Source of the DNA: Lama glama
Lineage: Eukaryota
Direction of reading: 5' to 3'
NCBI GenBank assembly: GCA_028534125.1
Contig: CM052832.1
Coordinates: forward strand, 11,782,001 to 11,846,000
Length of the DNA: 64,000 bases
The first letter of the stretch is position 1, and each line of letters begins with the position of its first letter. The translations under genes and the position numbers were made by a program. Shown in pieces: positions 1 through 11,130 of this stretch. The notes under the pieces were generated by a model. It made no database searches and was not told the origin of the DNA. It was given only the letters and a program-made list of their open reading frames with translations.

Positions 1-494
1 ACTCACTTTTCCCCTGGTGCTGAAAGTACAAAAGTAGTTTCTTTCCTAAGACTAAATACAGCTCTCTCTTTCAAAACTTCTTAGGAATCTGAGGCTGTGA
101 GAAAAATAATCATTAAGAATGGATGCTTTCAGATTTCAGTTGCTTTTGTGTTTTGAGGGCTTTTCAATATCTGTCCTGTGGCTCCACACAGCCCCAGGAG
201 GCTCCCTCCCCTCCGGCAGGGACCCTCCTCTTCCCCAGTCACTCGGAATGGACAGGAATCATACCCTCTCGGGTCTTTCCCATCACTTGGGGCACTGGAG
301 AAGCTCCCTGCATTTCAAGGATGTGGAGTCTGCGTGCAGATGTCAGAATACTCTCACTGAAGTTGTTAAGGTCCTCGAAGGAGACCATAAAGAGGAAGCA
401 AGAGAAAACATGTTCATGATTTGTTTTCACATCAAAGCAGTTGGAGAAAGAGGACAAGAGGAGAAAAGGAGGTGTGTGGAGGAGGGAAGGTACT

Positions 495-786
495 CCGTGG
501 ACGCCGTGTGCTGCCCAGGCTCCCCCTCAGGCCCGTGGCTCTCCTCCCAGTATTGGCTGCAATGCTCACATCTGCCCAGCCCCTTGGCCCCTCGGCTCAG
601 GTGGGGCGGCCTGCAGGGCCACCCCTGCTCCACAGCTCCCATGGGGTGGCTGGGGCCTTTGCTGCCACTGCGTCGCCAACCCTGCCTCCTCCACTCCCCT
701 GCAGGTGCTGTTCCCGAGAGCTCATCCCAGGACACCTGCACTCAGAGCTCCAGCTCAGTCTGTTTTCAGAGAATCTGACCTAAGAT
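495..786 (+). mobile_element. Old ERVL LTR remnant (LTR16-like)
   Basis: 3' end cacctgcactcagagctccagctcagtctgttttcagagaatctgacctaaga resembles LTR16-family termini; 5' boundary approximate. Confidence 0.5.
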
Positions 787-1486
787 CAGGGAGGGAGCAA
801 CACGTTCAGTGTTTTTAATGCGTGGATAACTTTTTATCAAATACAGAAAAAGCTCATAGGTCGAAGTCTCTCCAGCCCCGGATAACCCTTGGTGGATTCC
901 TTATCCATTCAGTATGAGGCATGTTTTTGGATGTATGCTGGAGGTCCTAACTCTCCCCCAAGTGCTGTCCTGTGATATGTTTTTATATCTAAAGCAGGAT
1001 CATTTTTTAAAACCTTAAAAAAAAAACCCTGGAGATTCTATTAGACACCTAGGATTAAGTCACTGAGTCACTTTAACTGCAAGTGGCTTTTTGGCTCTTA
1101 TTTTTCACACTTTTGCTCCTTTTTACCTTTTGCTGAAGTGTGTTCTGTAAGATAACATCTTAGTTACTTTTCCTCCTTTTTGCATGTGGAGAAGGAAGCC
1201 ACCCGACAGGCCAGGGCCAGACCTCGTGTCTTCTCCCTTGGAGCCTAGAGCTAATTCCTCCAGCTCCTTCCTGTTAACAAGGCACCTGCTGGTCTAGAAT
1301 GTTCCAGAAAGCCCAGAAGGAGCATGTTAAATGAACCTACGAATTTCCTTCAAAATTCCTGAATTTTAAATGTACATTTGTCTGCATGCTATACAAATGC
1401 TGTCATTTGCCTGACAGTGTCTCTTCTACGCATGCTTTACTTTTTAAAACAAAATTTTTTTAAGCCAGCATTTTAATTCATTCGGG

Positions 1487-1621
1487 TTTTTTCTGTTTGT
1501 TTTTGGTGTGTGTGGGAGGAGGTAATTAGATTTACTTATTTTTAAAGGAGGTACTGAGGATTGAACCCAGAATCTTGTGCATGCTAAACACACACTCTAC
1601 TGCTTGAGCTATACCCTCCCC
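1487..1621 (-). mobile_element. tRNA-derived SINE, camelid type, long-tail form
   Basis: Minus strand GGGGAGGGTATAGCTCAAG (A box) ... GGGTTCAATCC (B box) ... AGTACCTCC, then CTAATTACCTCC tail and A-rich end. Confidence 0.85.
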
Positions 1622-1782
1622 TCTGTGTTTTCCTTTCCATCCAGATAACAAAAGCTCCTCAAATTAACGAGTCAGAGAAACATGGACGCACTATTTTCTG
1701 TGCACAATTATGAATTTTAGAGGTTTATGCCATTAGATTCTGGCTTTAAAAAAAAATCCAAAATTGCCTTGCAAAATTCATC

Positions 1783-1988
1783 AGAGCACAGACTGGAACC
1801 ATTCAGCGTGGGTTCAAATCCCAGCTCTGTCACTTACTAGCTGGGAAAACTTGGGTGAAATATTTAGCTGCTCTGGGCCTCAGTTTCCTCATCTGTGAAA
1901 TGGAGATTATATCAGACCTCACAGGCTTGGTATAAAGGTTGCAAAAGTCAATTCATCTCACGTGTTTAGACCAGTGCCTGGCACATCT
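1783..1988 (+). mobile_element. MIR SINE
   Basis: gggttcaaatcccagctctgtcacttactagctg and core ctctgggcctcagtttcctcatctgtgaaatgg. Confidence 0.85.
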
Positions 1989-2784
1989 TATGATTGCAAA
2001 AAACTTATACTTTTAATTCAATAAAAGACTTTAAAATTTTTTTTAAAAAAGCAAGTAACATGGTGTTTTTAAGTCACAGACCTCACTGCGAGCAATGCTG
2101 AGCACACAGATCTTTGAGTCTTTCTTCAGAGACCCTGGCAGTTATTTATAAACATTTGGCTAACAACACAGCTCTTTCTCCCAAATTGTAATGACAGAAG
2201 AAACATCCAACTAGACTCACCAGGCTATAAACTGCTGTATGTTTCAACTCCTCCTGCTTATTAGTCACCGCATCAAGGTTGTGTCTGAATCCCCCAGCTT
2301 TGCCTCCATACCATCTTTCACACGACTTGTTTTACTTCCAGTCTAGTGGTCTTCTCTCTCACTCCAGCACCCACTTCAGCCTTGCTGGGTGTAGAGCAAT
2401 AGCCTCCTTGCTGACCGGCTCACTTCCATTCCTGTATCCACCCAGAACCATCAGCGGTTCCCCACCGTCCTTCCATCATGTTCGCAACACGGCCCCTGCC
2501 TGACACACCCTCCTTCCCCATCACTAGTCTACACTTACTAGTCAAACAGACTTACTTGCTGTTCATTCCTTCTTGTTGGGGTGTCAAAAAGCCAGACTCT
2601 GCTTTCAATAAGCTGGCTATAGAGTGAGCAGACAGACACATGTTATTAATTCCTAGGATGAAAATTGCTAAATTCAGTTGCACCCAAGAAGCAGGAGGAG
2701 CAATGAATCCTACCTAGGGGTGGGGTGGAGGTCACGGAAGTCCTCACTGAGGGTTAAAAACGGATCAGGTGCTGTAGGGAGAAC

Positions 2785-3455
2785 GTTTCTTTACAGCTTC
2801 ATTGAGGTATAACTGAAGTACAAGAAGCTACGCACGTTCAATGTGTACAATTCGGCATTTTTAGACACTTGTGAAACCATCACCACAATTAAGAGAATGA
2901 ACACATCTGCCACCCCCTAAAGTTTCCTCCTGCTCCTCTGCAATCTCTTTCTCTTGCCTGCTCCCCGCCCCCCAGCCCCAGGCAACCACAGATCTGTTGT
3001 CATTGTAGGTTAGTTTGCATTTTCTAGAATTTTGTATATAAATGGAACTATACATTATGCACTCTTTTGTCTGGCTTCTTTCACTCCGCATAATTATTTT
3101 GAGATTCATCCATGTCCATCCATGTCTGTTCATTCACAGTTTGTTTCATTTTACTGCTAATCAGTATTCTATAGAATGGGTATATACCACAGTTAATCCA
3201 CCCAGCTGTAGGTGGACACCTGAGTGGTTTCCAGTTGTTGGCTATTACAAACAAAGTTTCTATGAACCTTCAGTGGGTAAGTCTTTGCAGGCACAATGTT
3301 TTTGTTTCTCTTGGGTAAACGTCTCTTGGGTAAATGTTTAGGGTCATATAGAAGGTATATTTTCAACTTTTAAGAAATCGTCCAGCTGTTTTCCAGAATG
3401 GTTGTACCATTTTACATCTGCCTCCAGCAGTGTATGAAAATTCCAGTTATTCTAT
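2785..3455 (-). mobile_element. Ancient L1M 3' region
   Basis: cattgaggtataact, ccaggcaaccac, tttgcattttctagaattt, ggttgtaccattttacat...ccagcagtgtatga motifs. Confidence 0.8.
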
Positions 3456-6018
3456 ATGGGAAAGTTTTCCTTGATAAGGGAACAATGTAAGGATGAAAAT
3501 ATGTGTGACGTTCAGGGAACATCACATAGTCCTAACAGCAGAAGAAACTGAGCAAGTTGAGTGATAGGATGGGCAAAAAGGCAGGTCAGCTCATGGCATG
3601 GCTTGGTACCTGGAGTAGATGTTCCAGGAGATGCAAATTCACTGAAGGCTCTTGTAGAGGGGTTTACACGGTCTGGTCTCTGTCTCTGAATGTTCCATGT
3701 AGTTTCTCATTTTCATACTGGTCTTTCCCTCACACTGTTCATTTCCTTGGAATATATACATCTATTGTCTTGGCACCATCTATGGAAAGGCCAAGAATGC
3801 AACAGAAATGCTACCTTGTGTTCAAGTCCATCCCCCACACTGAGCTTCTTTAACCATTGTACTTCACCCATGGCCCAGAGTCACATTCACATGATAGGTG
3901 AGCCCCCTATTCACCTGAAGTCTCCTTGACAGAAGACAGTGGGGCTTGTTCATGTGACATTACCCTCAAGACCAGCCCCTTTTACAAGACGTATCTTTAG
4001 ACACTTCTCTTTTGGTCTTATTTTTATGCAAAGTCCAAACTAAAATAACATTTTAAATCAACAAAGGTATAAATCTTGTTGCTTATTTTGCCGAGACCAA
4101 AATGAGAGTATGTGGACTGATTCCAAGGAGGAAAAAAAATTACCTTTTCTCTCTCCCAGCTTCAGTTGGCTTAACCATCTAGTCCCTGATCCTTTGCTCT
4201 TTTATGCTCACCAGGTCTCCCTCACTCAAGTGTGGCAAATGATGTAATAAGTAAAAGAGCAACAATTTTTCTCAGAAAATGGTTATGTGCTTATGCAAGT
4301 TCAATGGCTCAAAACGTCTAAGGAAACCATTTAGTGAGCCTAGAGCAAGCTAGCAGAACTGGGCCCCCAGCAGCTCTGCAAAACTATGGAGAGCCGAGAG
4401 GTACCCACCATGGAGACGAATATTTTTTGGAGGCACTGTTGGATGCCAGGTGCCCATTGAACGCTCAGGGAGCCTCAGTACTCATGCCCCTCTCCTCTGT
4501 GTTGACACAGAGCAACATAATCAGCAACAGTGGAGAGTTCCCAGGAAATGGTATGTGTGTGGCTTTAAAACAGTCTGATCCGTGATCTCTGCTAGATTCA
4601 CACCTTTCCCATCTCCTTCCCAAGTTTCCCAGAGGACATTCAAGTCATCAGAAAACATCATTCTTCTCTCAAAACCTACCATGACATCCAGGAGTTTAGA
4701 CTATGCAATCTGCCTTCAATAATTTTAGCAACTGGATGGGAACATGAATAAAACGTGCGTGTTTTATTTGGGGGCCTGCAGTTCTATTTGCTATAATGTG
4801 TTTCGCTTCCTCTGTACTCACCCAGACAGGCAGTTGCTTCCCGATTTGAGCTTCAGTCCAGGAGGACGTTTTCCAGAGGATGCTGTCCTTTACTTTGGTG
4901 TGCCTATATGCCGAGGGAAGTGCCAAAACACTTGGGCCAGGGGCTCAGTTACTTTATTTTTTAAACTGCTCTGGAAAGTTCTAAGGCTTTGGCATGGATT
5001 CAGTATCAGGAGCACACCACAGGCCACTGCCACGATGTGCATTCTAGAGCACGTTTTCTCCTGGTGGAGAGCACACTGGACTGCGGCGGAATATCTTCTG
5101 GGTTCTTCCCTGGACACCTCGCCTGGGCTATGGCTTGGCCACCTCTGATGAGGGTGACAGACGGATGAGAGGGGAGCAAGACAACTGGAACAGACAGAGG
5201 GAAGGACGCTTATGGATTTAGCTGCGGGCAGGCAGGAGGAGTCTAGATGGGAAGACCAGTAGCGACACTTTTTCACTATCTAGAAGCTGTATGAGCATTC
5301 AATACACGACCCCATCTGTTTTGTTAAATCGACAGTTTCCTTTAGCAGGAAATAAAGGTTCATACTGAGTTTCAGACCAGCTACACAGAGTAAGAAATAG
5401 CTTCACTTTTAAAGGCGTTCAGTATGTAACCCAATTCCATTTGATGGGGTTTGTTTTCCCTTCTCCGTTTGCTGCCTAGAAATGTGTGCTTCATTATCTC
5501 CTGCAGAGTCGGGGCTGGGAGTGGACAGCTGGAGACTCAGAGCTCTCTGGGCCGCAAAAGCACTTAAAAAATAAAACGATACTAAGTAAAATCAAAACAG
5601 ATCACAAGAGCAGCCATCCCAGTGGATTTTCCGTCTCGAATGCCTCACACCACCAGCTGTAACCCTTAAGGGGAACTGACTGGACCCCTCCAGCTCCCGC
5701 TTCACAAACTCGAGAAAGAGGACCAAACTGCAAGCAGCAAAGGACAACACGTTAGCACAAACTCAGACATGGGTCGAGTGTATCCAAGAGGAGAGTGGCT
5801 TTCGCTTGAGAGGAAAGTTTGCGTCCACTAGACTCCTTTTGGATGCAACAGATACACTTTGAGTTTTTAAAGATTCAGTCCTTCCAAAGTGTTCTAATAT
5901 GAAGACAGGCCTTTCTCTTGAAAAAAAAAAAAAGAAAGAATTATAATGGAATATGATTGCCTGGAATAAAAAGCATCACTTTAGAATTGTCTTCTTAAAT
6001 ATTGATATGAGGGAAAGC

Positions 6019-6038
6019 ACACACACACACACACACAC
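6019..6038. repeat. (CA)n microsatellite just beyond the DNAH8 3' end
   Basis: About 10 CA units, which read (TG)n on the gene strand. Confidence 0.95.
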
Positions 6039-6061
6039 AAGCAACTGCAGGACATCAACTG

Positions 6062-6067
6062 TTTAAT
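6062..6067 (-). terminator. Probable DNAH8 polyadenylation signal ATTAAA
   Basis: Plus-strand tttaat, 112 nt after the stop codon; first strong hexamer in the UTR; followed about 25-45 nt later by a (TG)n tract. Confidence 0.65.
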
Positions 6068-6179
6068 TTAGAAAGAGTAATCAAGCAATTGTCAGGGAGA
6101 AAAGACACCCATCGCCGAGTCTCTTAACAGCACCGGCTGCCCACCTGGCTCCTGGCGCCCTTGGCAAGTGGAAATGAAC

Positions 6180-6467
6180 TTACTTGATGTCACACAGAAG
6201 GGCCACACCCCTCAGGATCCAGTGATCTGGGGACAGGACAGTTCGCAGATAGACCACGGTGATGAAGGTCAAGTCCGTTCGCCTGGGTTTCTTGTAAATA
6301 GGGCACACGTACAGCTTGGGGTCCTTGGGCGCCGTGGAGTTAATGGCAAAGACGTGCAGCACGGGCAGCTGTGTGAAGAGTACCTTGGGGGTGGATTCTG
6401 TGAGCTTCCCGTTCCGTCTGTCCCAGGCTGCTCCGTCCATGTAGAGCCCGTAAATATACACGCCTTC
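6180..6467 (-). CDS. DNAH8: DNAH8 terminal coding exon 20/20, with TAA stop
   Basis: ttccag|[21 protein letters not shown]...[41 protein letters not shown]. This C-terminus matches DNAH8 as I recall it, rather than the paralog DNAH5 (ends ...[14 protein letters not shown]). Confidence 0.95.
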   Translation of the reverse strand, partial: EGVYIYGLYMDGAAWDRRNGKLTESTPKVLFTQLPVLHVFAINSTAPKDPKLYVCPIYKKPRRTDLTFITVVYLRTVLSPDHWILRGVALLCDIK

Positions 6468-7914
6468 CTGGAAGAGTCAGGCATTAAAGTAACAGGAAAT
6501 TTTAAAAAACGTAGATGCTGTGAGATGGGCATCCATAGTTTGGAAAGAAAACATATACCAATCTTAAAACGCTACACCCCTTGGCACATTCCGTTAGCAA
6601 AATGCTGAGTCCAGTGTTCCCCTGTGGCATAGCTTGAGGCCGTGAGCTCCTATTAGTGGTAACTTGAGCCTGGAGGTGGCCTGCCTGGGGCTACAGACTT
6701 AGCCAGCAGCACCAAATCATCTCTGCAGGGAGACGAAAGTCTCCAACAGGTATGGTCTGGGTCGGTGTAGGGTGGGAGCCCGGAGCAGAACTGGGTGCCA
6801 TGCAGGATTTCAGCCTGCGCTGGACAAGCCAACATGAGGCTCTAACTTTATCTCAGTCAAAAGAACCAGTGAGATTTGTGCGGCCAGGTCTGGCGAGCAG
6901 GAGTCTGAGCGCCCCCAGGGTGGGTGCGGCAGAGCGCAGGAGCGGGTATGATGGGCAGCGGATGGGTGGAGGGGGACGATGGTTGGACAGACTGGTCCAA
7001 CAGTGGCTGACCTCATCCTGTGTCTCTCTTTCACACAGCAGGAGCTGCCCTCAAGGTCCTTACCATTAAATCAGGAGACAGGACACACACACACACAGAA
7101 CAAGATGTAAAAGACAGGGCTTGAGTACCAGCACACACTTGTTAGAGGGGCTGCCGGATGAACAGCACCAGCGGAGGCTGAGTGCAGTGACTTGAGGTGA
7201 GAGTCACGTGGGCTGGAGTGCTCGGGGGTCTTGGTGGAGAAGACGGCCTTGAATCGGGGCCTTGGAGGGTGGCTGTGTTTGGAAAAATGGAGGAGAGAGG
7301 GTGGGCATCCCAGGCAGAAGCAATACTACAAAGAAAGGCAGGATGGGGATGGGCAGGAAAGCTTGAGCATTTTATTTAGCAGAGGGTTCAATGGTTATAG
7401 AGTAAGTGAGTGCTCAACCCTGGAAGAGACTAGACGCCAGACTGAAGAGCTTGAACTTTATCTCGTGGGCAGCAGGGAGCCGTAGAACATGTATTCAGTA
7501 AGAAAAAAGTCTGAAGGGAATCATGGCGGAGACTCCAATGATCATGTAAGCTCGTAAGATATACTTATATAGGAGACAGTGACCATTTTTCCATTTCCAG
7601 TGAGGATCAGCTAAGAGGAAGAAAATGTAGATTATAATAGAAGAGAGGGAGATTAGCGGCACAGTGTTTTCCGTCACCCCGTTGTGGCCCAACAGTACAA
7701 GAACCGTACTTTTTGAACCCAAACCTGAAGTACATGATTTGACAGTAAAATCAGGGGCAATCCCAGAAATCAGGTCCTACGATTACCATCGTTATGTCAG
7801 CAGGTAACAACTATTACACAAACAGTGCAACTACTCAGGCATCCTCCGACAATAAACTGGATCCCTCCTGGGCTCCTTTCAATCTCAGAACTTTACAAAG
7901 CCATAGTTAGAAGG

Positions 7915-8359
7915 TGTAGTGGATTAAACAGTGTCTCGCAAAGACTCATGTCCACCTGCAGCCTCGGCACGCGACTATTTGGAAGTGGAACCTTTGCAGA
8001 TGTAATTAAGGTCACAGAGGATTAGGGTGGGCCCTGACATCCAATAAGACTGCTGTCCTTACAAGAAGAGGAGAGGCCACAAAGAGACACACATAGGGAA
8101 GGAGGCCACGTGACGAGGGAGGCGGAGACTGGAGGGCTGCAGTTACAAGTCAGGGAACTCCGAGGACTGTCAGCAACCACCAGGAGCTGAGAGAGAGGCA
8201 TGGGATAGGTTCTCCCTCAGGGCCTTTAGAAGAAACCAACCTTGCCGATGCCTTGATTCTGGACTTCTGGCCTCCTGAACTTTGAGAAAATAAATTTCTG
8301 TTGTTTTAGGTTACCCAGCTTGTGGTACTTTGTTACAGCAGCCTTAGGAGACGAATACA
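7915..8359 (+). mobile_element. MaLR LTR (MLT1B/C-like)
   Basis: TG...CA ends; ctttgcagatgtaattaag, agggtgggccct, aataaatttctgttgtttt, gtggtactttgttacagcagcc motifs. Confidence 0.85.
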
Positions 8360-8705
8360 GATCTTGGTACCGGGAAATGGGAAGCTGCTGTAATAAATGC
8401 CTGAAAACATGGAAGTGACTTTGGAATTGCATGATGGGAAAAAGCCGGAAGAATTTTGAGGGGCATGATTGAAAGAGCCTGGATTGCCTTGAATCTAAAG
8501 ATGTTGGTGAAAATATGAATTTTTTTAAAAAGTGGGAATTCTGGGGATTGAACCTGAGACCTCATACATGCCAAGCACACCATCTACCACTGAGTCATTA
8601 CCCTCCCCTGAAACACAGAGATGCTTCTGGTGTGATCTCAGACAGAAATAAGGACCATGGGATTGGAAACTGGAAGAAAGGCAGTTCTTGTTACAAAGTG
8701 GCAGG
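8360..8705 (+). mobile_element. MLT1 internal sequence fragment adjoining the LTR
   Basis: gatcttggtacc directly after the LTR; acatggaagtgactttggaa and attggaaactggaagaaaggc...ttgttacaaagtggca typical of MLT1-int. Confidence 0.7.
8520..8608 (-). mobile_element. tRNA-derived SINE, short form, nested in MLT1 internal sequence
   Basis: ggggattgaacctgagacctcatacatgccaagcacac...ccactgag...ccctcccc; same family as the other four copies. Confidence 0.8.
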
Positions 8706-9416
8706 AAGGGCCAGACCTGGGAAACTGTCTGGTCCAACTCCCTGCTTTGACAATTGAGGGAATGAAAATCAAAGAAAGAGAAAAGGGGACTAAGATGTTT
8801 TGGGCATCTATGTGGGGTCCACCAAGGCCAAATGATCCCACTGAATTCTCACAGACATCTTTACTGAGGTTGAATTACCATCCACATTTTACAGATGAAG
8901 AGGTTGAGGCCCTAAAGTTAAAGAACTAGCCTGAGTTCAGAGGGCAGCTAAGTGTCCACCCAGTGGCTCCCAGTGGTGTTTGCCTATCTCAGCGCACCTG
9001 CCCTTCCCCCAGCCAGGCATCCGTCCCCCCTTCCCCGGGGTCCCGCAGCTGGTGGGGACACTGCTGGAACTGGCCTCAGAGCTCAGGATTGCTAGTCCTG
9101 TTAGTGTCTCCTGCCCTGGACACTTGTCGGTTCTGTGAATACCCCGGAGACCTGAGGAAAACCCTTTTCAGCAAACACAAGGATAACTTGTAATTACAAA
9201 GACATGCAGTCTGGGGAGTTCTCAGTGCTTGTCATTCATTCCCACTCTGGCAAATGGAAGAGGCTTTGGCACTGAGGTCTCCTGGTTACAACCGAGGACA
9301 CCCTCGCTGCAAAGCCAGAGGACTTAACGGAGACCCTCATAGGTCAGTGTTCAGCGGGACCTGAACTTTGAGCCCTCGCTCCAGAGCAGTGCCTGCTCTG
9401 GCCCAGCGGCACGTAC

Positions 9417-9538
9417 CGCAGGGGGCGACGTGATCTCCTCCTTGGTCTGCCGCAGAACCTCGTTGTGGATGGTCACGGTGTCCAGGGCCCAGCCTTTGTG
9501 GGCGCGGGTCACTTCTTGCCTCATTGCTGTGAGGAAGC
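9417..9538 (-). CDS. DNAH8: DNAH8 penultimate coding exon 19/20
   Basis: ttttaag|GC ... GCG|gtacgt; 122 nt; (G)[40 protein letters not shown]. Confidence 0.94.
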
Positions 9539-10591
9539 CTTAAAAGAAAGAAAGAAAGAAAGGATTCTGATGCCCTGGACCATTCTAGGAACAAGAAGGG
9601 GAGTGGTGTTGTTAGCTGCTAATCAGTCTTCAAATGTGTGCCCATCTGAGAAGAGCTGAGATCAAACCTCAGGGGGCACATTTCTTTCAGTGTTTTGTTT
9701 CAGTGAGCTAAATACTTCCTGCCAGTTGACAGCGAGACAGCAGCACCGCCTCAGACAAGGTCTTGGTTAAAAATTCTTCCGGGGTTTCAAGGACTCAAGT
9801 CTTCTAAGGACTGTAATCCAGTCCCGGCTCACAGTTCCTATCTGAAGATACAGTGTCTAGGAATAATACTGGAATGGTAAAAATATTTTGAGAACAGCAT
9901 TCCAATTAAAACTTGAAATCAAACCATTATCAAGCGTCTATTTGCTATAATGAAACAATTTCATTTAGTCTAAGGAAATAAGGCATAATGCCAAAACAGA
10001 ACGCCCGACTTTCAATTTGATCAAACAAAGCAATCACCCGGAAAGGAAAGCTACATGTTTTAATGTGCGTAATACAGTTATTTTAAGACAAATACACGGT
10101 TCTGTATATTGTGGCTTCTCTTTAAACTTAATATCTGCAAACCATGCCATTCAATTCTTCAAGAGAAATCTTTCTTGGAGAGTAGCATCTGATGCTTAAA
10201 AACTGTACCTTAAATTTCAAAATGGACTTCAAAAATCTTAGGAAAATTTATCTGTGGCTGACATATTCCATTTCGGCCTCAGTGTCCATATTGGAAATCA
10301 TGAGGCGCTTTACACACAATCACAAGTAAGTTTTGGAATGTGTATGTTCCTACTACTCCTAGATGGGTGAACTCTGAGGACTTTTATGTACAAACCAACA
10401 CATGAGTGATAATATTTTATCAGGTTTGAATGGGAGTGGGAAGACGAGGGGGAGCTGTGACGCCTAATGGCAGGGAGTGAGATAATATCCCCTGGAACTG
10501 GAAGGAAAGAATAGGCCCCTAGTGAAAGAGTCGCGTTCTCTCCCTTCTCAAGTCCCGCCCTCATTATTAAATTAGACACTTGGGGAGGCAC

Positions 10592-11130
10592 TCACTCATT
10601 CATTCATTCATTCATTCGTTTCTTATGAGTGGCCACCATGTACCAGCCACTGCTCTAGATGAGATGACACGAAGATGAAGAGGCAGTCCATGGACCCTGC
10701 GCTCAAGGACCTCAGTTTAGAGGGAACGTGGAGGGAGGCAGGACACACAACACACCCATGAGCAGAGAGGTGAGAACAAAGTGGACCAGTTAGGAAGGCA
10801 GCTCGGGGAAGGCTGAACTGAAAAGATGAAGTTTCAGGTGACTCTTGAAAGGGTTACGTGGGAGTTTTCCAGATGGGACAATTCCAGTGAGAGGAAGAGC
10901 ATGTGCAAAGGCACGGAGGTCTAGGCTAAAGGTTGGGCAATGATGGCAGATCACGTTAGAACAAAGGTAGAGGCGGGATTGTTCACAGTCAGCGTTTGGA
11001 CTTGACTTTGTGGAGGGCAGGAGGCCACTGAATATTTGAAGTCGGCAAATAATCTGGTTGTCTTGACATCTTAAAAGTTTACTCAGAGCTCTCATGAAAA
11101 CAGGATTTGCAGTGCTTGCATTAATCCAAA
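10592..11130 (-). mobile_element. L2 LINE 3' end
   Basis: (cattt/catt)n tail-like repeat cattcattcattcatt, ccatgtaccagccactgctctag, gcatgtgcaaaggcacggagg motifs; boundaries approximate. Confidence 0.7.

Noticed and set aside
119..818. 219-aa ORF and overlapping ORFs at the window start
   Set aside because: No recognisable domain; low-complexity Pro/Ser/Cys-rich translation; the 3' half overlaps a GC-rich LTR16-like remnant where several frames stay open by chance.
1545..1621. tRNA-like A and B boxes (also in the other four copies)
   Set aside because: These are SINE heads with tails and TSDs, not tRNA genes.
4744..5276. Overlapping 134-aa and 128-aa ORFs in the 3' flank
   Set aside because: No recognisable homology, no supporting splice structure, and composition typical of chance ORFs.
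5965..5970. Plus-strand AATAAA near the DNAH8 3' end
   Set aside because: Wrong strand for DNAH8, and no plus-strand gene is evident.
6168..6608. 146-aa plus-strand ORF antisense to the terminal DNAH8 exon
   Set aside because: Shadow ORF opposite GC-rich coding sequence, with a non-ATG start and no recognisable homology.
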